Source of the DNA: Ascidiella aspersa
Lineage: Eukaryota
Direction of reading: 5' to 3'
Length of the DNA stretch: 64,000 nucleotides
Assembly (NCBI GenBank): GCA_963924565.1
Contig: OZ004609.1
Location: 38,874,001 to 38,938,000 of the forward strand
Part shown: positions 36,001 through 51,000 of the stretch, one piece after another
Layout: every line of letters starts with the position of its first letter
Position numbering within the stretch: the first letter of the stretch is position 1
Notes under the pieces: generated by a model
What the model was told of the DNA's origin: nothing
What the model saw: only the letters and a program-made list of their open reading frames with translations
The model's database searches: none
Translations under genes and position numbers: made by a program

Positions 36001-39000
36001 AAAATTAGAATAAATAAAATTTCCAAGTAATTAATACAGATGTAATCACATTAATAAATTAGTTTCATTTTACGAGCCCATAATCCCAACGAACCCGATA
36101 TTTTTCCTTGAGTCGTGCAAATTTCTCCTGGACTTCTTCAAGTTGCTTCGAGTCACGCTCTGACGCAGATTCCCGACTGCTGTTGAGTGCCTGTGTGCTC
36201 ACCAGGTGTCGCTGTTGGTCTTCTACCAGCTTGGAAAGTCGATTCCAGTCCGAGTCTTTCTCCTCATACCTGCGTTCACATTTGTTTGCATGAAATAATG
36301 AATTAGTTGATGACAATGTAACAGACAGGGTCTTCCAGGTTGGCTGTGGTGATACATAATTTACTAAGTATGTAAAAATAAGTATAATTGCGGAAATGGA
36401 TTGTTTGTTGTCAGCAGTGCACATTTTACAAAACAAGCATAGAAATAAATGTTACGGGACTAGCTTACAAATACGGACTATAAATTCACTGCGGAAGTTA
36501 ATATTTTGTGAGAGCAAAATTTAATAGTTTGATTTCTTAAATGAACTTTAAAAAAGTGAGATTATACATTTCTCTCACACAGCCTTTAATGGTAGAAGTT
36601 TAATATAAAAAATGCCGTAAATGAGGTTAATGTTGTAAACATTCTATTAGAACAGTTGTCATTGCTAGTTACTGGTAATCGTTAGGTCTGCATTAAATAA
36701 CGACTTGTAAAATCAACTGTTATCTGTGACATCAATATTTAAAATTATTAAATACTTGGTCGTACTGTCTTTTGTATCACAATTTCCTTTACAAATTACA
36801 AAATATAAAATACAATTTAAACAACTATAATTGCTTGTAAATAATATTACTAATTACCTTGATTTTCAAAGTATACATTTTCATTATACAATATAGAATA
36901 AAACAAAAAAAGTATTTCTCACCTTTTTAAAACGTCATTTAAACTTTCAGATTGCTTTTCAAAAGCCTCTAATAATTGTTGTTTTTCCTGTTTTAATCTG
37001 AAACAAAAACATTAATAAATTAAGGTAAAACCGAGAAAATTAAAATAGGTAAATAAAATTCAAATGATTAATTTAATAAGGCAAGGTGGAAAATCAATAA
37101 AAAAACAATTAAATGACTGTGCATTGTATTTTATAAATCACTGCTGTACAAAATCAATTTCCTCTCTTAACAAACACAGCCACCTCAACACATTTGTGCA
37201 AACTCAACACATTTTACAAACAAATGACAAACAGTTCATTAAATGTCAAATGTGACAGAACTTATGCAAGATAGATGGCAGAGAGCAGTGAACACTTTGC
37301 CCAATATATGACAATTTAAAGTGATATTACGGATTGCCTTTCACCATGTGTATTACTCAAACAAAATGAATGGCTGCCTATCACTATATTATACCCCAAA
37401 TATAGTTGTTTCTCATCCTTCTGCCAGTTTTTATTGCCATATTTTTCTGTTTTAGATACTAATGGTGCCATTATTAAAGTGAAATTGTTTGTGCGAGCTA
37501 TTTTAACAAGACAAATTATTTCATTAAAATTATCTTTTTAAACATTAAATTTAAACTTATATAATCTGGCACAGTATCAGGCAATTGTAACAAACTGATG
37601 TTAATATATAATTTGCATTAATGGAAAATTACAATGTGGCCCTCTTTATTCAATGCTAAATAACATCTCTCTCAGTAACAATTCTTGTATATATTCAATG
37701 GTATGGTGCTAACTAATATATCCCTCTAATTCTTTTATTTTCAATATTACTGTTTGCTTATGCAATATGCTTGTTAACCAAAACCCACTAACCACTATTA
37801 CTAACACACAATCGTGTGCACATCGCATTAACAAGGTGGAAATGCCATCAATAGACCACTTCCTGATAAATTACAACAAAACATGAAAATATGTCAGGCA
37901 GAAAACATTAATCCCAGAAAAGTACAAACAATGACTAATGTTATAAAGAGCTATATAATATTAATTTGTTTATTGCTCACATGATGCAATCGTTTATTCA
38001 GGCACGATCATCCATTACAGTAAGTTTGCATTTAAAAGAAAATTATATTTGCTATGTTTAATTTATTTCCTCAAATTAATGGAGCGAAACATTTGAAACA
38101 CTGTGGAACGTAGTGTCTTTTTAATTAAAAACGTAACGCTTTTATTCCTGGAAACAACAGCTTTCAAAATGAAAAGAAAACTTCAAAATAACAGCTTTTA
38201 CAAAACATGCCCGTGGCCATAATTATCATTCTCAAGGCGACTTCTAAATCAATTCACAACAATAACAAACCATCCACTTAAAACCTGCATTCCACTATCA
38301 GTAGTGGTTTGGTTCTGCTGTTTGCTTTTCAATAGTGGTTTAATTAATGATTGATAACAACTTCTGGCAGAAGCCTTAGAGGTCGTTTAAGTCGTTAAAC
38401 AACTTTCTAGTGTTAACAATTAAAACTTTTTATAACTTTTTAATCTGGGGTTTAGAATTGTTGATTGTAATCCCTAAACAAGAATCTAAAATATGTTCAT
38501 CTTGTCAAACAACATAATTTATCGTTAGATAGTTTATAAGTGTTAGGATTAGAAGTTGGGTCATCTTTAATAGTTTGTGGAAACAATTACCTTTTTTCCT
38601 ATTTTACGTTTTTTTATTTAAATCAGTAGGTGAACTGGCAGTTTGTAGTATTCATTGAAATCCTCAAACAATGTTGGTATTTGTAGGATTCTGAAAAGCT
38701 ACAGCTATTTAACTAACTTTCGTTCGACATTTTTATTTTAATCAGTAAAACTTTGTCAAGCTAATTGTTTTTTAGCATGGCCTTGCTTACATGGCAATCC
38801 TTAATTAATCAACTAGTTCATTTAGTCTATAGAAAGTTCCCATATATTACACAACATCTAAAGCTGAATAATAAAAAACAGAATGAAGAATTTAATTCAT
38901 CGAAGAAAAAACTAAATTCAGCAGACTGTCAAAATTACAGTAATTTTTAATCATCTACAATTCTACAAAATCATTTTGTAAACATCATTAAAGCAAGGAC

Positions 39001-42000
39001 AACCTTTTACAAAACCAAAGTAAAACTCATTAATAAACTGACCAATGGCACACAAGTTAAACTGTTTCTATTTATAATAATTTTAAAACATTTACAAAAT
39101 ACTTTATAATCATAAACCCAACAAAATAACAATAAGGTCACAGTCTTAATCAACCTTATCATTAAAAATTACCTCATTAGTACCCTACACAACTTTCTAA
39201 ACAATTAACTCTTTTCTAAACATTAGTTAAAATAACTTTCAGCAAAATCACATCAAGTTACTTTCATTTGAATCAAGTAAAACAACATTATAATCAAACC
39301 AAGCTTTCAAATTAACCACAACTCTAAACTTAACAAAACTAATGCAAGCAAGCATTGTATAAACAACATCAGAATAAAAATAAACTTTTGTAAAATCACT
39401 TGAAGTAAGATAATCTAGACACAAAAAAACTAAAACAATGTCATCATCATCAAAACTTTCAAAACAAACCTAAAACTCAAAATGTTCACTCATCACAGCA
39501 AAACAATCAATATAATAAACAAAACCTAAAAACATTTTGCATCAATCAAATAAACCTAGACAATTAAACCAAGAATTCATCCCTAAAACAACTGTACAAC
39601 CAGCAAACACCTTTTAAAACAAATCCACAACTTACACTTAGAGAACAACAAACACTGCACAGCAGTCAATGTGATAAACAACATCAAATTAAAAATAAAC
39701 TTTGGGTTTGTTTAAAATGTGTTTGGGTTTGTTTAAAAAATAAACAAACTAACATTAAGCTAGATAATGAAGACACACCAATAAATCAAATCCCCAATAG
39801 TACCTTATTATCAGCAAACACCTTTCAAAACAAACCTTAACCGACACTTGATGCTGAGAACACCACAGCAGTGAAGAACAGTCAAAGTGTGGGCTAGAAA
39901 CCAGTTTTGCAACGTGTCATCCACACACACAGCATACAGCATACAGCACTGGACTGACTGCAGAGCAAACATTGAAAGAAAAAAGAAGTTTCCTGTCTCT
40001 GTCTGACTCGCTCTGGCGTAACCGTGTGCACTCAGGTGTGACCACCACCACAACATTAGTTAAGTGGAGTGAGATTTTATTCTGGTGATGGTTTGTGGAA
40101 GAAATAATTGTTAATTGGCTCTAATATTAGTGCTGGTCACAAAGCATTTAGTTTGGGATTTGGGTGAAATAATTGTTGGTGGAATAAACATTTTTTTTGT
40201 TTGTACAAAAGTAAATTACACAGAGTGTTACATATTTGAAAATTAAATGATTCGAATAAAGACTTTTAAAAAACTTGAAAAATCATTTTTAAACAAGCAT
40301 TTTTTAACACATGTTAACATTTTTAGTATAACTTCACAAATAAAACATATTTTGGATATTTACTTCAGGTTGCAAATTGGAAATATATAAATAACTAATT
40401 AAAAAAACGCTCTATCCAACCTCTCACAGTCACACTAATACTACCTATAAATTAATGGTGTCTATGTGAATTTAGCGACTTAACTTCGATGCTTTGTTTT
40501 GCCCTGAGGCATTTAAAACACTTTAAACAAAATGCAAAATAAAACTTTACACTTCTACAGAATAAGTGATAAATGTAACACAATGTGGAATTGGTTACCT
40601 GGATTATTGCTTAGAAAGTAGCATCATTCATATTTACAATAAAACTCTACATATAGATAATAACAATCACTGAGAGAACACCTTTAAATAAATCAAAACA
40701 TTCTAATGTGTGACTATAAAACAAAATTGGCATTTTTGATGAAATCAAAGAGTAACCATATATTGTTGCTGTGTTATAAATGTTCTATATCTGTACAAAA
40801 CTGTCGACTGCTAAGCTATAGTGGAATAGCACTGTATGTACAAAAGTATCTTACAACCACCCTCAACATTTTCTTAAAAGCAAACAATCTGAAAAGCAAA
40901 TATTTGCCAAACCTCCTTGTTATCACACCGGGTGGAAATGGCTTGAACACAAAAATATCAACAGATTTAAGGCCTTACAGTTATACATTAAACAACCATT
41001 TGTTATGTTACTTAATGTATGTGTATTGCAAATATGTAAACTATTGGATGTCAGCTTATGCATTAAAACACTAAATATTAAAGAACTGAAATCTAACTGA
41101 AATGCAAGGGGGGTGTATTTCAATAAGATTCCATTCAGGCGTGTATTTAAAACAATAGATACCGTAACCTAAACAAGTACATTAGTACACCCTTGGCACA
41201 ATACCGTTCGGTCAAGTTATAGCTGTTATCCCACTCCTTAAAACTCACCTACTAAAATCATCCGTCCCACACACACATAAACACACTAGTGTATGCATCC
41301 ATACAAACAACAGCAAACCACTGCAACATCTAAAACACCCCCAACCCACCAACCTACATCTGTATCATTGAGTCGAATGGTTCCTTGTGCGAGCCCATTC
41401 CTTAAAGGTCACCTACCTAAATCATCAGACCCATACACACGTACACGCCATATGGAAAAGAGGCACCGCTGAACCTCTAACTCACAAACCTCGCAACAGT
41501 ATCGTTAAGTCGACTCGTAGCTTGTGTGTATTCTGCGAGTTGTGTTTCCTGTTCATGAGCGAGATCTTCAAGTTGCATCTGGAGATATTGGATGCCCTGG
41601 GAATAACAATATTTTAACAAATGTGGAATAAAGCACATCACTATGAGATGCACTGGGAATAATGAGTAGCACATCACTAAAGCAGTAAATTAATGCATAT
41701 GAAATACCATAACAAAACATACCAAAATGTGCATATTTGTATAAAACTGTAAAAGGGATATCAATTTGTAAAGCAAGCTTGTAAAATTAAGATTTTTTAT
41801 TACTTTCTGTTCCATTTAAATTTTGAGCCATTAGGCAGTTTAATCACTATTAAAAACGATTAATATAAAGGTACAATTCAACTGCACATATCTGTTTAAT
41901 TGTACAATAATAAGATCGTTACATTGGTTTAAAAAACACACTTAGTAGAAGCTTTTAACAAACCTGTCTTTCCCTCTCTTTGTTGTCTACATTTACGACA

Positions 42001-45000
42001 ATAGAATCTTCCAAACCAAGACCACCCAAGCTCTCTTCGATCGAATCTACATTATTAACAAATTATTCTAGTGGCATTCAACTCTTTCAACTTGTGGCAT
42101 GCTGAGATTAAAAAAGACAGTAGCACAAAATACAACTATATACTGTATGACTTGAGATCACCTATTCAGTAAGGTAGTAGTTAAATTTTATAAGGTATTA
42201 AACTATCTACTATAATAGTGGGTGTCCATTAGATCTGTTTGCCTATTAATTTACTTGTATTACAACAATTTCAATAACAAAATAGCCATGGCACACTTCA
42301 GAATTTCTCACTGACATCATAATATAAAAAATTAAAAAGTAAAAAATGCAGCGTGACTTCAAACATGGATGGCATTTTTAAAAGAGTCTATTTCTTAAGA
42401 ACAATGCAAACTGAATATGTAAAAAAGAAGATATCTCCTCGCCCTAATGCACGTTAATGACGCCAATGACTTTGAATGGTAGCAATGTAGTATAGACTTT
42501 TCTTGTCTCAGTCTTAAAAACAATTTACAAGGATAAGTGTCATTTCTAATTTCACTATGCATTTAAACTCTTTAATGTAAAACAGCGAGATTTTGACATC
42601 CTTTCCACTTGAAATAGAAGAAAGCCAACTTACCTGGGTACAAAGTTGATTTGTTTGAAGCGAGAGATTGCGACTGAACCTCGAGGAGTCGGTCCTCAGC
42701 TTCAACCAACTTGCTCTCTAGCTCTGCCTGGTGCTAAAACAATATGTTTGTTCACGTTAAAGTAAAAAATATGTTTGGGTAAACATGGACATTTACTGGG
42801 TTGGGTCTAATATCAAAGAAAAATTATATTAAAAACTTGTAAATGTTTGATATTATATATATTTTTGAAATATGCTGTGAGTGATATATCATGTGATATC
42901 CCCGGAATGGTTCTGATTTATATTTTTTTGGTTAGTTACAATTTCATTCAACGTTCTTACCCAGGAGTAAAATATAAGTTTTGGAAACATGCGTTTCAAG
43001 TAGGGATGTTCAAAGTAGAATACCAAGGTATTCTAGAATAATAGGTTTAGAATCTAGAATAACGAATCCAGAATAGCGAATCCTAGTATATTTTTATTAA
43101 ATTATTTAACCTCGATTTTGTTTGGGGAAGGGATTAATGTTAATCTACCCCACAGGGCCCACAATCACAGCAATAAATCACCCAAACAATTTTCTAACAT
43201 GTGTACATTATAATAAAAAAAATCTCCCATATGTTTAACATTCTTAACAAGTGTCATTTGAAGCAGTTCTGTAAACTGTAATATGTCAACTGTCCAGGTT
43301 GTTGTCAAAACTTATATTTTTGCCAATAGTGAGTACAATGAAACACTGCACACAGAAGTCTTAAGCAATTCGGTCCTGTTTTTTCAAGCATTGTCTTAGT
43401 GCTTATTGTTTTACCAACATGATCTGTTATGCAGTCAAATAATGTGCTGCAAAGAATACAATACTATTGACATAACGAAGAATACAATACTATTGACAAA
43501 ACTGCATCACCTCGCTGAATATTGGCCTAAAGTTGACCTTGAGTAACCCTATAGCGCATTTTGTGGACGGCCAGCACGTTTTACAACGTAATATTACTTT
43601 TGCAACTTAACGCATAGGGAAATTGCAAACAACGTACCTGGCATTACACGTTAGGCGCTCGGCCAATAACGCTTGATTGACACTTAATTATTAGACGAAC
43701 GTTTATCGCGAGACGTGGTAATTGATCGCCCGAAAAAACACTACCAGGTTACATTTAAAGCAAGCACTAATAAATTGGTCGCCGCAGCGACAGGCCAACT
43801 TACCACACGCGTTTGTACAATTAGGCGCAAGCAACAATCGGCGGTAAAACATTAAATTATATCGGTTCCAATTACCCGAAATAAACGGCAGAATTGGATT
43901 CGAATCCCATCTGGATTCGAATCCAGGGATTCGATATTCTACTTTGAACATCCCTAGTTTCAAGTATATGCCATAGTTGCTTTGCAAACAATTTCAAAGA
44001 CTTCTGAATAACTTGAAATATATTGGTGTTTATTTATAAACTTAGTATAGCTAGCATTTAAGTGAGTTAATGAGATTGGATGAATATGTATGGCAATATT
44101 TTTATTGACAACAACAAAATGAAAGTGAATAAGCACAACTGACCGACTAATGTCATAAGTTTGACCTTCAAATATATTGTGCCAACTATTATGACCTTCA
44201 TGTTAAACACAGACATTATGCTGAAATCACCGGACTTCCAGTGGTTTAAAGCACAAAAAATGCCACAGCTCACCAATATGTGTTCTTAACAAAATAATCA
44301 AAAGAAATAAAACAGTAATTATCTTACAACCAACAAAATTAAAAGAAAACAATATTTCTTTACATAAAAGCTCTAGGCAATCCTTAGACAAACTAGTGTG
44401 TGTTACAAATGTGCCTTGAGTAAAAAAACGAACAGATCAGGGATCACCTTAGTACAGTGGTCACATTTCTTATGGCACCATTAATAAAATAGAAACTTAT
44501 TGCTGCAACCTTACTATCATGTTTAATAAGTGATTCAATGGAATGTACTATAACGAAATTGAAACAGCACATCAACTGTTCATAAGTTAGAAAAAAATTC
44601 ATTATTTGTTGCATTTTAATCGTACACAAAAAATTGTGTCAATAAGCCTAGCAATAAGCAAAAATTGAAATCCAAATAAATTCAAATATATCTAGGCGCC
44701 CTAAGCGTTAAGAACAGCACACTGGTTGGCAACCACAGCCGTGATACAAACATAAACTTGCGTCCAAGAATAAAAATTGTCCCAAATAAATGATAAGACA
44801 GACTTTTGCTGAATTGTTGCATTAACAGCTTAATTAATCAAATGAAAAGAGACTCACACCAAAGCAATTAAAAAAAATCACAATATCAACATAAACGACA
44901 AACCAAAACTCAACAAACAAAATAAATAAGGTTTTACCGAACCAAGATAAAAGTTAGTAGTGTCATGCTTGGATGCACATGCAGGTTATGACGCAAAATG

Positions 45001-48000
45001 CATTTCTACCTCAAAGTACGAAACAATGGCGTGATGAAGACCATCGTCATCTATGACATCACACATATTATTTTGTGACCTCACAAACCGTGATAATTCC
45101 CCGAGAATAACTTTCTCAAACTACAAATAGAAATGGGAAATTTTTGTTTCAATTGCATTTCACTTTTTGCATGCTTTTGAAGATTTAAAATGGTGGCATG
45201 AGTAAAAATTTAAAATCAACATTGCAACTTTTTTTTCGGACAGTGTAAAACTATTCGTGTAAATTGATAAAAAGCAACTTTTACAATCTTTGTGATTAAA
45301 TTAAAAAAATGAATCGTTAATAGATTTAAAAGGCAGTGAAAAACAAGTATTTTGTTTTCTTTTTAAACAACAGTTACAGAATTTATTTGCCAAACTAAAA
45401 ACAATATATTTGTCAAAACTACGTAATTAGGTTGAAAAATCTAGAAAATTAATTACTCAGTGAATAAAACACTTTCTAACATATTAATAAATTCTAACTT
45501 AAAAAAATTAGTAAACGTTGGTTGCAAAAAAAATAATTTTGAAATTTCGCAACCTCTGTTTACCAAATTTCAAAATTATTTATTTTCTAACAAAGCATGA
45601 TATTTGTCATCAAAATTCAGACACTACCATTAATTATATGTATGACATAATTCTTTCAACTGTAAATCATTTATTTAAATAAACACATTCCCAGGTTAGG
45701 TACTTTCCCACCTTAGACATGTGTCCCTCCAGTTCTGTTGCCCTGGCAACTGCATCGTCGCGTTGTCGCAGCAACTCGTCGTCTCCCGCGAGATCTTTCC
45801 TCCAGCGATCATATTCTTCACGACTCGCATCTAGCTCGCTTTGGAGCTTGGAGTAAGCATCCGTGAACTGAACACAAGAAGTAAGAAACATTAAGCAGCA
45901 GATTATAAGAAGAAAACAAATTTGTTCTGGAGATTTGCGATACTATCAGATTGGAGCTAATAATGATAAGTCATATATAATTATTTCAGCCATGATTCGC
46001 AATCTAATGCAGTATTTATTAAATAGCAAATTACCAAAAAATTGTAATTTTCCCCGTGAAAATGCCCAATTGATCATTTTTGCCAATTCGGCCATAGTTT
46101 TGCCAAAATATATGGTACTGAACACAAGTAGGACACATAGCGACTATTTGGTACAGGTAACTTTTATATTTGGCCCTGGCTTAATTTAAATTAGTTCAGA
46201 CATTTTTATCTAGGGTTAAAAAATGGAATAAAACAGCATTTGAGGTGTTTGTAAAAATAATTGTCTGCACTTTGTTTGTTAAACACAAAGTAGGTTCTAA
46301 GTATTGGTGCTTTTAAAATGGATCAAAAAAAACATAACTGGAATGAGTTAAAAAGCTAACATTAATGTGAAGTTTTACCTCTTGTAGAAGTTGTTCTTTC
46401 TCAGCTAGTAATATTTTCCCCTTATCAACTTTTCCCTCCATTTCTTCTTCTTTTTTCAAATACCCTTCATTTAACGCACTAATGCTGCTTTCAAGTTCAT
46501 TTTTAGCAGCAAGAACAGATTTTAATTCTTGTGTAGATTCGGCAGATTTTGAATTTGAATCTTTTAGTTGTATTAAAAGATTATCTCTTTCAGCGGTAAC
46601 ATCTAAAAGTTTAGAATCCGCAAAATCAAGTTTTTCTTTGTTTTCAATCATCAAAGCTTCGTTGTCGCGGTTTAGTTGTTGAACTTTTTCTTGCAATTCG
46701 AGATTTGAATCGTGAAGTACTTTCAGACGAGACTCTTTCTCTGAAATTTCACTTGATAAATTTGTGCTCGCCGTTTCAAATATTTCGCCAGCTTCTTGAA
46801 CTTTTTGCTGCAATTGAAGATTCTCGTTCTGAAGTTGCTTGTAGTTTTCGCCGAGGTTTTTATATTCCTGCTCGATTCTAAGGTTTCTGTCCTCGGTTTC
46901 TTTGGTTTGTCGGCAAAGTTGGTCGATCTTGGTCTGAGCATTCCCAAGTTCCTCGAGCAAAGCAACGTTTTCCTCGGTTTTGATCGCGATGGCCGATGTC
47001 ATCTCCTCGACTTCCGATCGAAGTTGGTTCCTCGATCGCTCCAAGTCGGCGAGTTGTGAAGCGAGAAGTTCGTTGCTTGCAAGATATTCCTTGTTCTGTG
47101 AGTTTAATGTAGTTCCAGCTTTAGGCAGAAATTTATTTGTATAAAATTGCTGCTAACTTGAAACAAAATAACATAATAGACAATTTTAAATAAATCTGGA
47201 CTTACTTTAATGACATATATAAATGTTTAGCTAAAGTCTAAAGTGATTTTAAAGAAAGTCATGTGCTTGATTAATAAGAAGCACTTGTCAAAAATATTAA
47301 CAAAATTTTTCAAGCATAATACAAATTTGAAAATGGTCAAAAAGATCACCTTCTATACCAGGGGTCGGCAACCTACGGCCCGCGGGCTGGATCCAGCCCG
47401 CCGCCTCTTTGACAAATCATACGCGAGTCTATTTTACAAACTCTTCCATAAGTAATTGCGAAAAATTTTTGCGGTTCGCGCAAATGTTCTTTATACGACC
47501 AGTTTGTTTACGTTTAGATGCTGCCTTTGAAACTAGACTAGCAATTCTTTACCATTGCGCCAGGGAAGGCTGTCAAGTGCGCCGCGCCAAAACGGAAAAC
47601 GTAATAAAAAATATTGGACATATACTTTTTTAAATTTTTTTTCGGCATTGCAATAAAAACTTGAAAGAAATTAAAAGAAATACTGTGTCACCCCCTAAAA
47701 AAATCGCGCTCGCTTCGCTCGCCAGGTCCGCCTAGACTTTAAATGTTATCGCGTTTCCTCGCATTAGTTTTATACACTTTTGATTAGTAGTATGGATGAC
47801 AAACGTGTGAACTCGAATTATAAACAAAAAAAAAACGTTTTTTTTTCGCGCTTTGCGTCAACACTGTCCCTGTAAAATGCAATTAAACACGTTTTAAAGT
47901 GCAAAAAATTTTTGAGCCCGCCTGATTCACAGTTGTTCTAACATAAAAATAACACAATTATTGGAACTTTATCATTTTGTGCAGCTCGCAAAAACTTGAG

Positions 48001-51000
48001 TTTGGTTTTGGCCCGCGACTAGAAAAATATTGCCGACCCCTGTTCTATACATTTTGCACTTAAAGTAGAGTAAAAAGTATAACAAAATATATATTGTGCC
48101 CTTGCCCATGAGCTTGAGTAACATATATATGAGCTCGATTAGCAACTGTTACAAAACACGAATACCCATACACTTGAAATATAAAATTATTTTTTTTACA
48201 GCAAACTATGTTAAAAAGTCCATGATGACAAATTACAAAGGTTACACAACTTTTGATTGGTTTAAACAATTGCATAGACACTTTAATATTCACATGACTC
48301 ACCATCGCATCAAGCTGCTCAATCATCTGTGTCGATGTTTCCGCTTCATCGGCCATAACCTTGATCTGACCTTCAAGGTGGTCGCGGTCCATCGAACCCG
48401 AAGTTCCTGCAATTTTCTCCTCCGTTAGTTTTTGCTCAAGCTCGGAAACTTGTTGTGCTTGTGACGCGACAGTGGACCTCAACGTGGAACGCTCGTCGAG
48501 TAATTGTGCCTCCATCTCACTAAGCTGTGAAACTTTTTGCTGCAAATCTTGTTTCTCGCTTTGTGATGTCACGAGAGATGACGTGATTCGCTGTAATTCA
48601 TCGCTAAGTTTGCGATTGTTGTTTTCAAGTTCTTGTGAAACGTTGTGGGCGACTTTGAGATCGGATTTTGTCTCATTGAGTGAATTTGTCGCTGATTCCA
48701 GCTGCTCATTTGTTGATTGTTGCAACAACGCAAGTTCTTTCTGGTGATTCAACTCTTTTTCCTCGATAGTTTTCTCCAGGACTTGCTTTGTCGATTCAAG
48801 TTCTGTGACTTTTAGCTCCAAACTATCTTTCGAAGAAGTAAGTTCAGAAAGTGAGTTTACTAGTTCCATGTTCTTGTTGCTTGCATCCAGAAATCTTGCT
48901 TCAATGTCGGTTATTTTTGCATTTCTTTCAGAAATATCATTCTCGAGTTTTATCTTTATTTCCTGAAGCTCAGAAATCTCTTTAACAGAATTTTCCAAAT
49001 CCACGTTTAGCACTTCAATATTTTTCTCCTGTTCATTAAGATGATTTTCAATTTCTTCCTTCTTTGCTGTTTCCCGATCAAATTCCAAAGTCAGATTTTG
49101 GAATTTTTCAGTTAATTCTTTGATTTTGGCCAAATTTTCTGACTCACTATTTTTATTCTCAGCCAACAGTTTGTTGAGTTTTTCTTCAGAAAGATCAAAT
49201 TCTTGCTTCTTTTCTTGTAGCTCAAGTGAAACTCGGTTCAGTTCGGAAGCTACGGCGTCAAGTTTCTGCGAAATCAACTCTTTTTCTTTGTTCCTCTCCT
49301 CGAGCGTTTCTACGAGCTGAGATTTCTCAATTTGCGATTGCGATAATAGTTGCGACAATTCAGACGAACCTTTTGCTGATATTTCGTCCTTTTTCTTAAA
49401 ATCCTGCAAATTTTCAGTTAATTTTAAAATTTCCACTTCATTTTCCTGAATTTTTTGTCGATAAACTTCGGCATCGGCCTCGGAGCTTGCCAGCTTTTGT
49501 TTCGTCGCTTCGTGATCTTTCGTCTCCCTGAGGATGACTTCTTGCGTTGACAACATCACTGCTCTCACTTCCTCCTGATGCTTCGATGAAACAATCTTCA
49601 TCTTCTTGGTGAGGCCCTCCGCTTCTTCCCTGGATGCGACGAGAGCAAGACTCTGCTCCTCGACCTCCGCCCTCAATCTTCCAAGCTCCTCCTCCAAAGA
49701 TTTCACCTTATTTGCTTCTTCATCCAACCGTTGCCTAGCAACAGCAAGCTCTGACGAAATCTGATTGTTCTCGGATGTGAGGGATTCAACAGAAGACTCC
49801 ATCTTCATCTTGTTAGCAACCGCATCTGCGAGCGTTACCGACAACTCCTCCAACTGTTGCTTAGCAACCTCCAGTTCGTCCTGGTTTCGACCTTTTTCCT
49901 CCGTTACCCTGGCAACCACCGCTTCCAGCTTCCTGCTTTTATCTTGTGACTTGTGAAGTTCTGCGGACAGCTCCTTGAACTTCATCTCCTCAGCTCCCAA
50001 CTTCTCCTTCAATCCCTGCATCTCGGATCTGACATCAGCAAGTGATGATGCGGTTTGATCTTTATCACTTTCCAGGGAAAAGATTGTTTCTTCCAACTCC
50101 TTCTTCCCATCAATCAACATCTTCACTTCCCGCATCAGTTCCTCCACGGAGGATCGCTCCCTCCTCAATAAATCATCCTTTTTATTGTTCCTCGATTCCA
50201 GCTCACTTGTGATCCCTTGTAACCTAGCAACCGCATCCACCTGGACCTCGAGTTTCGCTTCAAGGTCGTTTTTCGCAGTTTCAAGGTCATTTATTTGACT
50301 TTCAAGGTCAGTTTTTGCACTTTCAAGGTGATTTTTCGAACTTTCCAGGTCACTTATTCTCCCCTGCATCACTCTAGCGTCCTTGTGCGATGTTTCCATG
50401 GCAACCGTGACATCCCGGAGGTTGCTCCTTAATCCCTGCACCTCCTGATCCCATTGTTCCCTCTCCTTCCTGTGTTCTTCCTCCATCTTCTGCAACATCC
50501 GGACTTCCTCCTGCAGAGATCCTATCATATTCTCGGAGGACTCGATCTGATCCCGGACACGAGTTTGTGATTCTGCGGAGAACAGATAATTGTAAATTGC
50601 TTAATAACTTAGAATAAAATATGAACCAAACATAAAATAAGGTTCAAATACTAAGTATTTACCACAATAAATCCGCAGCGCTTTAGGCACAAATTTTAAA
50701 AATCGTGTTTGCAAGAACCTGAAAGAATTCTAAGAATGCAATTCTATATAAGGCTATATTTACCAGCAATTGCGCATTTAGCACGATAATATAGACTCTG
50801 CCTGTTTAATTCCATAAGAAAGTTGATGAATGATCGTTGGACTGACGTTTTGTAGAAACATATTATTAAATATTTAAAATGCAAAAACAAAACAAAAGGA
50901 TCATGTTTTCAGTTTTAACTGTTTCTGATGTTTTTAGGGAAATAATACATCGACAGATTGGCTGTAACAACACTAATGTAGTGCAACATATTATTACCTA

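Noticed and set aside
17964-50528. Separate SMC/myosin/centrosomal genes for each long ORF
   Set aside because: No ATPase or motor domains; all ORFs are bounded by phase-compatible splice sites that join into one giantin frame.
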